NCBI GenBank assembly: GCA_903937405.1
Contig: CAIZZE010000039.1
Location: forward strand, 3,185 to 67,184
Length of the DNA stretch: 64,000 nucleotides
Source: an uncultured Alphaproteobacteria bacterium
Lineage (GTDB): Bacteria; Pseudomonadota; Alphaproteobacteria; Rickettsiales; UBA1997
Direction of reading: 5' to 3'
Numbering within the stretch: the first letter of the stretch is position 1; each line of letters opens with the position of its first letter. The translations under genes were made by a program, and so were the position numbers. Below are positions 37,191-45,911 of this stretch, piece after piece. The notes below the pieces were generated by a model that searched no databases, was not told the origin of the DNA, and worked only from the letters and a program-made list of their open reading frames with translations.

Positions 37191-37352
37191 AGAAACTGTT
37201 TAGCATATTTTTTAACCACAGATTTTGGCATATTTTTAGCGCTTTTTTGACAAAATTTTGACGAATATCGGAATATATTTGGAGAAATTTTGTCAAAAAA
37301 TAAGCAAAAATAGGGCGAAATATGTGGTTAAAAAATATGCTAAACAGTTTCT
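37191..37352. repeat. ~162-bp nested palindrome in the divergent GT2/sodB intergenic region
   Basis: The outer 30-bp arms are perfect: AGAAACTGTTTAGCATATTTTTTAACCACA (37191-37220) and its reverse complement (37323-37352). The inner 16-bp arms TTTTTTGACAAAATTT (37243-37258) / AAATTTTGTCAAAAAA (37285-37300) are also perfect. The segments between them are imperfectly symmetric. Confidence 0.85.
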
Positions 37353-37377
37353 CAGCAACAAAACTAGGTTGTCACCC

Positions 37378-38100
37378 ATGCAAATGTCAAAAAGAAAATT
37401 CATTAAAAATGTTTGTCTTTCTTCGGCCTTTCTTCTTGGCGCTTGTAAAATCAAGAGCTTAAGTGGCATTACTAATTCTAAGTCAAAATCTTTTGGAGGA
37501 TCCATGCACAAAATCGAATTACCTAAATTGCCTTATGATAAAGGCGCTCTAGCTCCTTACATCTCTGAAAATACCATGAATTTTCACTATGGAAAACATC
37601 ATCAGGCTTATGTTACTAACTTAAATAACTTAATTGCTGGCACTGATTTAGATGGAAAATCTTTAGAAGAAATCATCAAAATTTCTCATGCCGACAAAGC
37701 CAAAGCCGGAATTTTCAACAATTCAGCGCAAGTTTGGAATCACACTTTTTACTGGCATTCAATGAAACCAAATGGCGGTGGCAAACCATCTGCTGATGTT
37801 TTGAAAAAAATTGAAGCCGATTTTGGTTCTTACGAAAATTTTGTAACTGAATTTAAAAATGCTGGTGCAACTCAATTTGGTTCAGGATGGGCTTGGTTAG
37901 TTTTGGAAAATGGCAAATTGAAAGTTACTAAAACTGGCAATGCTGAAACTCCACTCACAACTTCTGCAATTCCATTAATGACGATGGACGTTTGGGAACA
38001 TGCTTATTATTTGGATTACCAAAATGCTCGCCCAACCTACATCGACACTTTCTTAAACCACCTAGTAAACTGGGATTTCGTTTCTGAAAATTTAAAATAG
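37378..38100 (+). CDS. sodB: Fe/Mn superoxide dismutase with a possible N-terminal lipoprotein or Tat-like signal extension
   Basis: The catalytic core starts at MHKIELPKLPYDKGALAPYIS..HYGKHHQAYV (ATG 37504) and ends ..DVWEHAYYLDYQN. An in-frame upstream ATG at 37378 adds MQMSKRKFIKNVCLSSAFLLGAC|KIKS. The true start is unresolved (37378 or 37504). Confidence 0.85.
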   Translation: MQMSKRKFIKNVCLSSAFLLGACKIKSLSGITNSKSKSFGGSMHKIELPKLPYDKGALAPYISENTMNFHYGKHHQAYVTNLNNLIAGTDLDGKSLEEIIKISHADKAKAGIFNNSAQVWNHTFYWHSMKPNGGGKPSADVLKKIEADFGSYENFVTEFKNAGATQFGSGWAWLVLENGKLKVTKTGNAETPLTTSAIPLMTMDVWEHAYYLDYQNARPTYIDTFLNHLVNWDFVSENLK

Positions 38101-38117
38101 CCAAGTTTAGAAAAATG

Positions 38118-38153
38118 GTTGCGGATGCACGAATTTACTTCGTGCGTAGCAAC
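38118..38153. repeat. Small hairpin repeat, family 4 (possible sodB terminator)
   Basis: GTTGCGGATGCACGAA-TTTAC-TTCGTGCGTAGCAAC lies 18 nt after the sodB stop. Its flanks match the copy at 19370-19403 in the opposite orientation. Confidence 0.5.
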
Positions 38154-38198
38154 TTAATTATTCTAAATTCAAATGAAATTTGAATTTAATTAAAATCA

Positions 38199-38786
38199 AT
38201 GCGCACAGCAAAAATCGAACGCAACACCAAGGAAACTAAAATTAAAGTTGAAATAAATCTCGACGGAACCGGTCAATTCAAAGTTGATACTGGAATCGGA
38301 TTTTTAAATCATATGATTGAACAACTTTCACATCATAGTTTGATCGACATCACTTGCGAAGTAAAAGGTGATTTACATATCGATTTCCACCACACAACTG
38401 AAGATGCCGCTTTAGCAATTGGCGAAGCTTTCAAACAGGCTTTGGGCGATAAAAAAGGCATCACCCGTTTTGGTCATTCTTATGTTCCGATGGATGAAAC
38501 CTTAACGCGCTGCGTTATCGATTTATCTGGTCGCGCTTATCCAATTTTTAATTGCGAATTTAAACGCGATAAAGTCGGCGACATGGATTCTGAATTATTT
38601 CGCGAATGGTTTCACGCTTTCGCACAAGCCGCTGAATGCAATTTGCACATCGAAAATCTTTACGGCGTTAATAATCATCACATTGTTGAATCATGCTTCA
38701 AAGCCTTGGCAAGAGCGCTTCGCGTGGCAATTACGATTGATGAAAGAAAAAAAGATGCGATTAACTCCACAAAAGGGGTTTTGTAA
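38199..38786 (+). CDS. hisB: Imidazoleglycerol-phosphate dehydratase
   Basis: 195 aa. ..[14 protein letters not shown].., ..[16 protein letters not shown].., ..[17 protein letters not shown]... Confidence 0.9.
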   Translation: MRTAKIERNTKETKIKVEINLDGTGQFKVDTGIGFLNHMIEQLSHHSLIDITCEVKGDLHIDFHHTTEDAALAIGEAFKQALGDKKGITRFGHSYVPMDETLTRCVIDLSGRAYPIFNCEFKRDKVGDMDSELFREWFHAFAQAAECNLHIENLYGVNNHHIVESCFKALARALRVAITIDERKKDAINSTKGVL

Positions 38787-38804
38787 ATACAATCTTTAAA
38801 AAAC

Positions 38805-39764
38805 ATGACGCTTTTAAAAAAAATATCCGAAAACAAAAACGCCACCAAGCCTGTAATTTACGGCATTTCCAGCCTTGAACTCACAGATGAAGAAAGGAAG
38901 TTTTTTTCTAAAAACGGTGCACTTGGTTTCATTTTATTCGCCCGCAATATTTCCAATAAAACTCAATTAAAAAAATTAACCGATTCTCTGCGCGAATTAA
39001 TGCAAGGCGAAATTCTGGTTTTAGTTGATCAAGAAGGCGGTCGCGTCGCGCGCATGAAAGAACCAGATTGGAAAAAATATCCCGCCGGAAAATATTTCTC
39101 TGATCTTTACGAAGAAAATCCATTACAAGCCGAAGAAGAATTATATGAAAATTTTCAAGAAATCGGCCGCAATTTAATTGACGCCGGAATCAATGTCAAT
39201 TGTGCTCCGGTGCTTGATATTTTAACTGACAAAACTCACCAAGTTATTGGCGATCGCGCTTATGGAAGAAATGCCAAGCAAGTTGCAGATTTGGGTCGCA
39301 AAGTTTGCGAAGGTTTGCTTTCGCAAGGTGTTTATCCTGTAATTAAACACATTCCCGGTCACGGCCGCGGCACTTCTGACAGTCATTTAGAATTACCAAT
39401 CGTTGATGCAACTTTGGAAGAATTAAGAAAAACTGACTTTCTAACTTTCCAAAAATTACGCGACCAAAAATTTGCGATGACGGCACATATTTTATTTTCA
39501 GCAATCGATAAAGTTAATTGCGCCACAACTTCTAAAACCGCGATTGATTTAGTCAGAAATGAAATTGGCTTCAAAAATATTTTAATGAGCGACGACGTTT
39601 CGATGAAAGCGCTTAAAGGCAATTTCCACGATAAATCAAAAGCCATTTTAAATGCCGGCTGCGATTTGGTTTTACACTGCAATGGTAAAATGGATGAAAT
39701 GCTGGAAATTAATTCGGCGCTGCCAAATTTAACTGATGAGTTTTGGGGAAGATTTACTCATTAA
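38805..39764 (+). CDS. nagZ: Beta-N-acetylhexosaminidase (GH3, NagZ)
   Basis: 319 aa. LVDQEGGRVARM and KHIPGHGRGTSDSHLELP motifs. Confidence 0.85.
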   Translation: MTLLKKISENKNATKPVIYGISSLELTDEERKFFSKNGALGFILFARNISNKTQLKKLTDSLRELMQGEILVLVDQEGGRVARMKEPDWKKYPAGKYFSDLYEENPLQAEEELYENFQEIGRNLIDAGINVNCAPVLDILTDKTHQVIGDRAYGRNAKQVADLGRKVCEGLLSQGVYPVIKHIPGHGRGTSDSHLELPIVDATLEELRKTDFLTFQKLRDQKFAMTAHILFSAIDKVNCATTSKTAIDLVRNEIGFKNILMSDDVSMKALKGNFHDKSKAILNAGCDLVLHCNGKMDEMLEINSALPNLTDEFWGRFTH

Positions 39765-39789
39765 ACCTAAAAATAATAAATTTTAAAAA

Positions 39790-41193
39790 ATGAAATTTAC
39801 TTTTAATAATGTCGGCTTGATTGATAAAACGAAGTTAGATCTAGCTGATTTAACTATTATTTGCGGAGAGAATAACACAGGCAAAACTTATGCCACTTAT
39901 TCGATTTATGGATTTTACTATAACTGGAAATCTCATTTAAGAGAAGAATTGCAGCTTATTTCAAAAGAAGCTTTGAAAGAATCAAACGGCGTTCAAATTG
40001 ATCTCAATAAAATTTTTTTAGGCAAAATTAATGAATTACTAAAAAAAGCTTCGGAAAAATACTCAAAAAACTTAAATCAAATTTTTTCTTCCGGCGAAGA
40101 ATTTTTTAAAGACTCAATTTTTCTAGCTGAATTAGGAAAAGAGCCTTTAGAGCTAAACTTTACGAAGGATTATCTTGAAGAGATTTCGGATGCTAAGGGA
40201 AAGCCACTTGCCACAATTGAGAAAAAAGAAAATTCTTCTATTTTAGAAATTCTGATAACCAGCAATGAGCAGCAGGATTTAGATTTAACATCACGTATCG
40301 CCTATGCTACAGCGCAAATTATTTTCAAACCCTACTTTCCTGACATCTTCATTTCCAGCACCGAAAGAACTGGTGCAGCAATTTTTTCGAAGGATCTTAA
40401 TTTTAATGAAGCCAGAGCTTTAGAGGTTATAGCTCAACAAAAAGATAAAAAGACAAAAACTAAAAATGATATTCCTTTTGGAATGAAGATGTTTAGAGGA
40501 ATTTTTGAAAACAGATACCCCCAACCAGTCGAAAATAACGTAGAATTTATTCGCCACATCGAAGATCTTGAAAAAGATTCAAGCCAAGTTTCAAAAGATT
40601 GCCCAGAAATAATTTCAGCTTTTGAGGAGATGGTTGGAGGTAAATATAGACTAGTAAAAAACCTTGGAATTCGATTCTTTCCAAAAAGATCTCTTATCAA
40701 AAAAGGCTTCTCTATGCTTGAATCTTCAAGTGCAATAAGAGCTCTACTTGATATTAATTTTTACTTGAAATGTGCAGCTGAAAAAGGCGATATACTAGTT
40801 ATCGACGAACCAGAACTTAACTTACATCCAACTAATCAACGCGCATTTGCCCGTTTAATTGCAAGACTTGTTAATTATGGAATTAAAGTTTTTGTAACCA
40901 CTCATAGCGATTACATTATTCAAGAGCTAAATACTCTAATAATGTTAAATGCTAGAACTGATCACGCCAAAAAAATTCAGCTAAAGTACAACTATAAAGA
41001 CGAAGAGTTGTTAAGTTGCGATAAAATAAAACTCTTCACTACTACTCCAGATAAGAAAACAAAAACTTATAAACTAGTAGAATCTTCGGTAGATAGAGAA
41101 AAGGGGATTGAAGCTAAAACTTTCGACAAAAATATAGACGAACTAAATATAATTCAGCAGTCTATTTACTACGGAGTAAAACAACACCAATGA
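39790..41193 (+). CDS. ABC-type (AAA_15/AAA_21-like) ATPase, first gene of a candidate two-gene defence module
   Basis: 467 aa. Walker A GENNTGKT (K32), a long helical insertion, signature-like ESSSAIRAL, Walker B ILVIDEPELNLHP, and H-loop VTTHS. No TOPRIM, HNH or transmembrane part is visible. Confidence 0.7.
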   Translation: MKFTFNNVGLIDKTKLDLADLTIICGENNTGKTYATYSIYGFYYNWKSHLREELQLISKEALKESNGVQIDLNKIFLGKINELLKKASEKYSKNLNQIFSSGEEFFKDSIFLAELGKEPLELNFTKDYLEEISDAKGKPLATIEKKENSSILEILITSNEQQDLDLTSRIAYATAQIIFKPYFPDIFISSTERTGAAIFSKDLNFNEARALEVIAQQKDKKTKTKNDIPFGMKMFRGIFENRYPQPVENNVEFIRHIEDLEKDSSQVSKDCPEIISAFEEMVGGKYRLVKNLGIRFFPKRSLIKKGFSMLESSSAIRALLDINFYLKCAAEKGDILVIDEPELNLHPTNQRAFARLIARLVNYGIKVFVTTHSDYIIQELNTLIMLNARTDHAKKIQLKYNYKDEELLSCDKIKLFTTTPDKKTKTYKLVESSVDREKGIEAKTFDKNIDELNIIQQSIYYGVKQHQ

Positions 41194-41849
41194 ACGAAAA
41201 TCTAGAAACAATCAAAAACGCACTACAAATTGATGAAAAAAGTTTCGCTTTAGGTAGCCAGCACAGTCACTTTTTAGTACAAGAAAGAAAAAATTTTAAT
41301 CAAATAGAGCCAAAAAACTGTCTAAAGAAAGTAACTATAGAAGTTCAGAAAGGATTTAGGGATTTCTTTGCATTTAGTCCAGACGACTTTCTTAATGGCA
41401 AAAATTTAAAAAAGAAAAAATATCCACTTCATCCTCTTTTATCAAATACTGAAGACTACCAAAAATGTTGTGACAAAGTAATAATCTTCATGGGAAAAAA
41501 TCAGTTAGAAATGGTTTTTATTGAGATGAAGAACTCCCTTGGTGGTGGAAATTTAGGAAAAGCAAGAATTCAACTCTGTAACACAAAGAATTTCTTTAAA
41601 CACCTAGTAAATCTTATAATTGAACATAATGAAATCACAGGCACAAAAACTCCAACTCTAAAAAAACTGTTTGATAACAATAAAGTTAGATTTCATTCAT
41701 TAATTTTTACGGCTGAAAGCGAAAAACCTAAATATTTAGCAAAAAAACCTTGTCGAGGAAACTCAAAACAGGAAATATCCATTCCAGAAAATATAGAATA
41801 TAACCTTACAAATTCTAGCACCTTACATCTAACAGATTTAATAAAATAA
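41190..41849 (+). CDS. Small protein with a PD-(D/E)xK nuclease signature, second gene of the candidate module
   Basis: 219 aa. The start ATG overlaps the ATPase stop (ATGA at 41190-41193). The motif CC-D95-KVIIFMGKNQLEMVFI-E112-M-K114-NS fits D-hhhh...hhh-E-h-K. The following helix carries GKARIQL. No other family is recognisable. Confidence 0.45.
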   Translation: MNENLETIKNALQIDEKSFALGSQHSHFLVQERKNFNQIEPKNCLKKVTIEVQKGFRDFFAFSPDDFLNGKNLKKKKYPLHPLLSNTEDYQKCCDKVIIFMGKNQLEMVFIEMKNSLGGGNLGKARIQLCNTKNFFKHLVNLIIEHNEITGTKTPTLKKLFDNNKVRFHSLIFTAESEKPKYLAKKPCRGNSKQEISIPENIEYNLTNSSTLHLTDLIK

Positions 41850-41859
41850 ACTAACTTTT

Positions 41860-42471
41860 ATGGTCAATTTCCTACATAAAAACGATCTTCCTTCCGATAT
41901 TAATTTTAAAGGTTCAATCGCCATTGATTCCGAAACAATGGGTTTGAACATAATTCGTGATCGTCTTTGCGTGGTGCAAATTTCTGATGGCAAAGGCGAT
42001 GCGCATTTGGTACAATTTGAACAAGGAAAATATGATGCGCCAAACTTGTGCAAAATTTTGGCTGATGAAAAAATCCAAAAAATCTTTCACTTTGCGCGCT
42101 TTGATTTAGCGGCTTTGCAGCATTATTTAAAAGTTGAAATCAAAAATATTTACTGCACAAAAATTGCTTCAAAATTAGTTCGTACATACACCGATGCTCA
42201 CGGATTAAAATCACTTTGCGACGAACTTTTGGGAATTGAACTTTCCAAAAAACAACAAACTTCTGATTGGGGAAATGCTGAAATTACTGAGAAACAATTA
42301 GAATATGCCGCTTCCGATGTTTTGCATTTGCATAAATTGAAAGTAAAATTGGATGAAATGTTAAAAAGAGAAAATCGCCTAGAAATTTTTGAAGCTTGCG
42401 TAAAATTTTTACCAACCCGCGCCAAGCTTGATGTTCAAGGATTTGGTTCGGCTGATATTTTTTCGCATTAG
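41860..42471 (+). CDS. rnd: Ribonuclease D-like 3'-5' exonuclease (short DEDDy form)
   Basis: 203 aa. ..IAIDSETMGL.., ..KIFHFARFDL.., ..YAASDVLHL.. (Exo I-III motifs). Confidence 0.8.
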   Translation: MVNFLHKNDLPSDINFKGSIAIDSETMGLNIIRDRLCVVQISDGKGDAHLVQFEQGKYDAPNLCKILADEKIQKIFHFARFDLAALQHYLKVEIKNIYCTKIASKLVRTYTDAHGLKSLCDELLGIELSKKQQTSDWGNAEITEKQLEYAASDVLHLHKLKVKLDEMLKRENRLEIFEACVKFLPTRAKLDVQGFGSADIFSH

Positions 42472-42474
42472 TTT

Positions 42475-43497
42475 TTAATATAAATTCTCATGCGACGATT
42501 TCCCGCGAAACACGTGGTAAGAAAAAGCAGTATAAGTCAAAATCACCGGCATAACAATTGCCACTCCCACAAATAAAAGTGACAGCGAAGTTGAAGCGGC
42601 TGCGGCATCTTTGAAAGTTAGTGCGTAAGGCACAGCGTAAGGAAAAAGGCTGATCGCGAGGCCTGTGTAACATAAAACAAACAGAAAAATAACCATCAAA
42701 AAAGGTTGAGATTCTTTCTTTTCATTCAAACCTTTGATCAAAAAAATAAATCCTAAAATCGTAATTAACGGAATTGGCAAAAGATAAAAAATTGTCGGTT
42801 TGCTAAACCAGCGTTCGAAAATTTCGATTTTTAAAAATGCCGTCCAGCCGCTTACCAGCGCTATAAAAAATGCCACAAAACTGCTGACATAAGTTGCAAC
42901 ATATCGCGCCCAGATTTGGGTTTTATCATGGGTTTTCATCACCAACCAAGTGCTGCCAATTAAGGCGTAGCCAAAGATTAGAGCAATTCCGGTTGTAACG
43001 GAAAATGCGTTTAGCCAGTCGAATGGGTGTCCGACAAAAGACAGATTTTCAACTTTTACACCCTGAATAAAAGCACCTAAAATTGTGCCTTGGAAAAAAG
43101 TGGCAATTAGTGAACCGAAGTGAAATGAATAATCCCAAATTCGTTGTTCGCGTTGTGATTTGGTTTTAGCGCGAAATTCAAAAGCAACACCGCGAAAAAT
43201 TAATCCCAAAAGCATGAGAATAATTGGGATGTAATATGCTGGCATTAACACCGAATAAGCGGCAGGAAAAGCGGCTAATAAACCAGCACCACCCATGACC
43301 AACCAAGTTTCGTTGCCATCCCAAAAAGGAGCGACGGAATTCATCATTTTGCTGCGGCATTCGTCGGTTGGAGCAAAAGGGAAAATGATGCCGATGCCGA
43401 GATCAAATCCATCGAGAAGTACATACATGAAAATGGAAAATGCGATTACGCATCCAAAAATTAGTGGGAGATTGAGGAATGATGAGAAGTCGAACAT
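42475..43497 (-). CDS. cydB: Cytochrome bd ubiquinol oxidase subunit II
   Basis: 340 aa, polytopic. ..VLLDGFDLGIGI..PFWDGNETWLV... Confidence 0.9.
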   Translation of the reverse strand: MFDFSSFLNLPLIFGCVIAFSIFMYVLLDGFDLGIGIIFPFAPTDECRSKMMNSVAPFWDGNETWLVMGGAGLLAAFPAAYSVLMPAYYIPIILMLLGLIFRGVAFEFRAKTKSQREQRIWDYSFHFGSLIATFFQGTILGAFIQGVKVENLSFVGHPFDWLNAFSVTTGIALIFGYALIGSTWLVMKTHDKTQIWARYVATYVSSFVAFFIALVSGWTAFLKIEIFERWFSKPTIFYLLPIPLITILGFIFLIKGLNEKKESQPFLMVIFLFVLCYTGLAISLFPYAVPYALTFKDAAAASTSLSLLFVGVAIVMPVILTYTAFSYHVFRGKSSHENLY

Positions 43498-43526
43498 AGG
43501 TTTTCTATTTGTTTTTAGGATCGAAT

Positions 43527-43620
43527 AGATCCTGAAACGAGTTCAGGATGACAGAGTGGTGAGTTTTATGTTCGAACTTCTACCTCCACACTACGTCATC
43601 CTGAAGTCGTTTCAGGATCT
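43527..43620. repeat. Family 1 palindromic element occupying the cydA-cydB spacer
   Basis: AGATCCTGAAACGAGTTCAGGATGACA...ACGTCATCCTGAAGTCGTTTCAGGATCT fills most of the 131-nt gap between two genes that are normally adjacent. Confidence 0.85.
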
Positions 43621-43628
43621 ATCCGTAA

Positions 43629-44942
43629 TTACAATTTCTGCGGCCCTTTAGCAATTTGTCTTAAAATATAAAAAGTTGCTGAACCAAAAATCACAAAATA
43701 AACCACCACAAAAACAATCAGCGAAAACATCACCTGCCCTGAAGATATAACTGAAGCGGCTTCTCTTGTACGAAGTAAACCATAAACTACATAAGGCTGG
43801 CGGCCAATTTCAGTTACAAACCAACCCGAAAGCAATGCGATAAATCCGCTTGGTGTCATCAACATACACCAAACTTGAAACCATCTCGCTTCAAACAATT
43901 TTCTTTTACGATATAAGTACAAAGCCATTACACCGGTTGCCAACATTAAAAACCCAATTCCAACCATTACGCGAAAGAAAATAAAAATCGGCAACACTGG
44001 TGGGCGTTGATCTTTGGGGAAAGATTTTAATCCAGCAATTTCACCTTTTGGATCATGAGTTAAAATCATGCTCGCCATTTTTGGAATTTGAATTGCATAT
44101 TTTGTGGTTTCACTTTCTTCATCAGGAATTCCAAAAAGTGTAAGCGGCGCGCCTTTTTCAGTTTCCCAAATTCCTTCCATTGCCGCAACTTTTGCCGGCT
44201 GGTGATGCAGCGTATTTATGCCATGCATGTCACCAACTGCAATTTGCAACGGCACAAAAATTATGATAAAATTGAGCGCCATTTTAAGCATTATTTTGGC
44301 GTGAGACGATTCGCGGTTTTTCCATAATAACCAGGAAGAAACGCCAGCCACAACAAAAGTGCAGGTTAAATAAGTGGCGATCAGCATGTGGAAAAAACGA
44401 TAAGGAAAAGAAGGATTAAAAATAATTTGCAGCCAATTTACCGGATAGAAAATATTATTTTTAACGATGAAGCCTTGCGGGGTGTGCATCCAACTATTTG
44501 CTGCCAAAATCCAAAATGCTGAAACAACAGTTCCAAACGCAACTATACAAGTTGCAGTAAAATGCATTTTTTTGGAAACTCGTTCCCAACCAAAAAGCAT
44601 GATTCCTAAAAATGAAGCTTCGAGAAAAAAAGCGGTTAAAACTTCAAAGCCAAAAAGCGGGCCTAAAACATTGGAAGTAGCAAAAGAAAATCCCGCCCAA
44701 TTTGTTCCAAGTTCGTAAGATAAAACCACGCCAGAAACAACGCCCATGCCAAAAATTATGGCAAAAATCTTGACCCAAAATTTGTAGATTTCTTTATAAA
44801 TGATGTTTTTGGTTTTGAGATAAAGTGCTTCAATTGCCGCTAAATAGCCGGCAAGTCCAATAGTGAAGGCAGGGAAAATAATGTGAAAACTAATGGTGAA
44901 AGCAAACTGGATGCGAGCTAGTAGAACTGGATCAAAAAACAT
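43629..44942 (-). CDS. cydA: Cytochrome bd ubiquinol oxidase subunit I (short Q-loop, CioA-like length)
   Basis: 437 aa. MFFDPVLLARIQFAFTISFHIIFPAFTIGLA.., ..GWFVTEIGRQPYVVYG... Confidence 0.9.
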   Translation of the reverse strand: MFFDPVLLARIQFAFTISFHIIFPAFTIGLAGYLAAIEALYLKTKNIIYKEIYKFWVKIFAIIFGMGVVSGVVLSYELGTNWAGFSFATSNVLGPLFGFEVLTAFFLEASFLGIMLFGWERVSKKMHFTATCIVAFGTVVSAFWILAANSWMHTPQGFIVKNNIFYPVNWLQIIFNPSFPYRFFHMLIATYLTCTFVVAGVSSWLLWKNRESSHAKIMLKMALNFIIIFVPLQIAVGDMHGINTLHHQPAKVAAMEGIWETEKGAPLTLFGIPDEESETTKYAIQIPKMASMILTHDPKGEIAGLKSFPKDQRPPVLPIFIFFRVMVGIGFLMLATGVMALYLYRKRKLFEARWFQVWCMLMTPSGFIALLSGWFVTEIGRQPYVVYGLLRTREAASVISSGQVMFSLIVFVVVYFVIFGSATFYILRQIAKGPQKL

Positions 44943-45049
44943 GGCTCTTTGGATTTGAGTTAGCTTGAACTGAAATGATCAAATCCTTTTTAACTTCAAA
45001 TGCAAATCCTAAAAAGCTTTTAGGACAATTTGTCCAAGATATACCAAAT

Positions 45050-45126
45050 AGATCCTGAAACAAGTTCAGGATGACGATGGGCGGAAGATATACCAGATCC
45101 GTCATCCTGAACTTGTTTTAGGATCT
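45050..45126. repeat. Family 1 palindromic element
   Basis: AGATCCTGAAACAAGTTCAGGATGACG...CGTCATCCTGAACTTGTTTTAGGATCT, upstream of cydA. Confidence 0.85.
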
Positions 45127-45164
45127 ATCCGATCTCATCACAAGAAAAATAACCAATTTATATA

Positions 45165-45201
45165 CCGTCATTCTTAGATAATTTGTGCTCAAGAATGACG
45201 G
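45165..45201 (-). terminator. Hairpin downstream of yceI (possible terminator)
   Basis: CCGTCATTCTT-15 nt-AAGAATGACGG lies 21 nt beyond the yceI stop. On the minus strand a T-rich stretch follows only after ~12 nt, so it is not a textbook intrinsic terminator. Confidence 0.3.
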
Positions 45202-45222
45202 CACTATTGGTAAATTCGTAGA

Positions 45223-45801
45223 TTAACGATTAGCTTCAACTTCAATAACTAATTTAACTTTGTCAGCAACTCCTGGAATTGCATATTCCAAACCAAATTC
45301 TGAACGATTGATTTCGGCGGTCGCGCTAAAACCGATAGTTGGTTTTTGAGTAACAGCACTAACTCCCGATTTGTTCATTTTAGCATCAAGAATAACTGTT
45401 TTAGTCACGCCATGCATAGTTAAATCACCTTCGATTTTCGATTTATCTTTGCCAGTAACTTTAATTTTTTTACTCACAAATTTCGCAGTTGGAAATTTTT
45501 CAGCATCAAAAAAATCAGCACTTTTCAAATGCTGGTCAAATTTTGCTAAACCCGTAACCAAGCTGGCAATTTTAATTGTGACATCAACTGAAGAATTAGC
45601 AGGCTTTGCTTCATCAAAAACAATTTCACCGCTAACATCAGAAAATTTTCCTGATTGGTTAGAGAAACCAAAGTGATTTGCAAACCATACAGCAGAAGTG
45701 TGATTTGGCTCGATTTGGTATGTAACAGCTTCAGCAAAAGATGCCTTGGCAGAAAAAGCGAAAGCAATAGTTGCAATCGCAATCAATTTTAATTTGGTCA
45801 T
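45223..45801 (-). CDS. yceI: YceI-family periplasmic (polyisoprenoid-binding) protein
   Basis: 192 aa. Signal peptide, then YQIEPNHTSAVWFANHFGFSNQSGKF.. and ..GDLTMHGVTK... Confidence 0.85.
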   Translation of the reverse strand: MTKLKLIAIATIAFAFSAKASFAEAVTYQIEPNHTSAVWFANHFGFSNQSGKFSDVSGEIVFDEAKPANSSVDVTIKIASLVTGLAKFDQHLKSADFFDAEKFPTAKFVSKKIKVTGKDKSKIEGDLTMHGVTKTVILDAKMNKSGVSAVTQKPTIGFSATAEINRSEFGLEYAIPGVADKVKLVIEVEANR

Positions 45802-45911
45802 GATTTTTATTTTTTAAATTTAGGGAAAATTACGGGTAAATAATTAGCTAACAGTGTCTAAATCAAGTAGGTGCCTTAAAGTAACCAAAAAAAATTTTAA
45901 GAATTCAAAAA

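Noticed and set aside
37127-37377. N-terminal extensions of the GT2 gene (to 37231) and of sodB (from 37258), both containing VVKKYAKQFL
   Set aside because: The shared peptide is produced by reading the two arms of the 162-bp palindrome in opposite directions. The canonical family N-termini start further in, at MSKISAVIVAHN and at MQMSK../MHKIELPK..
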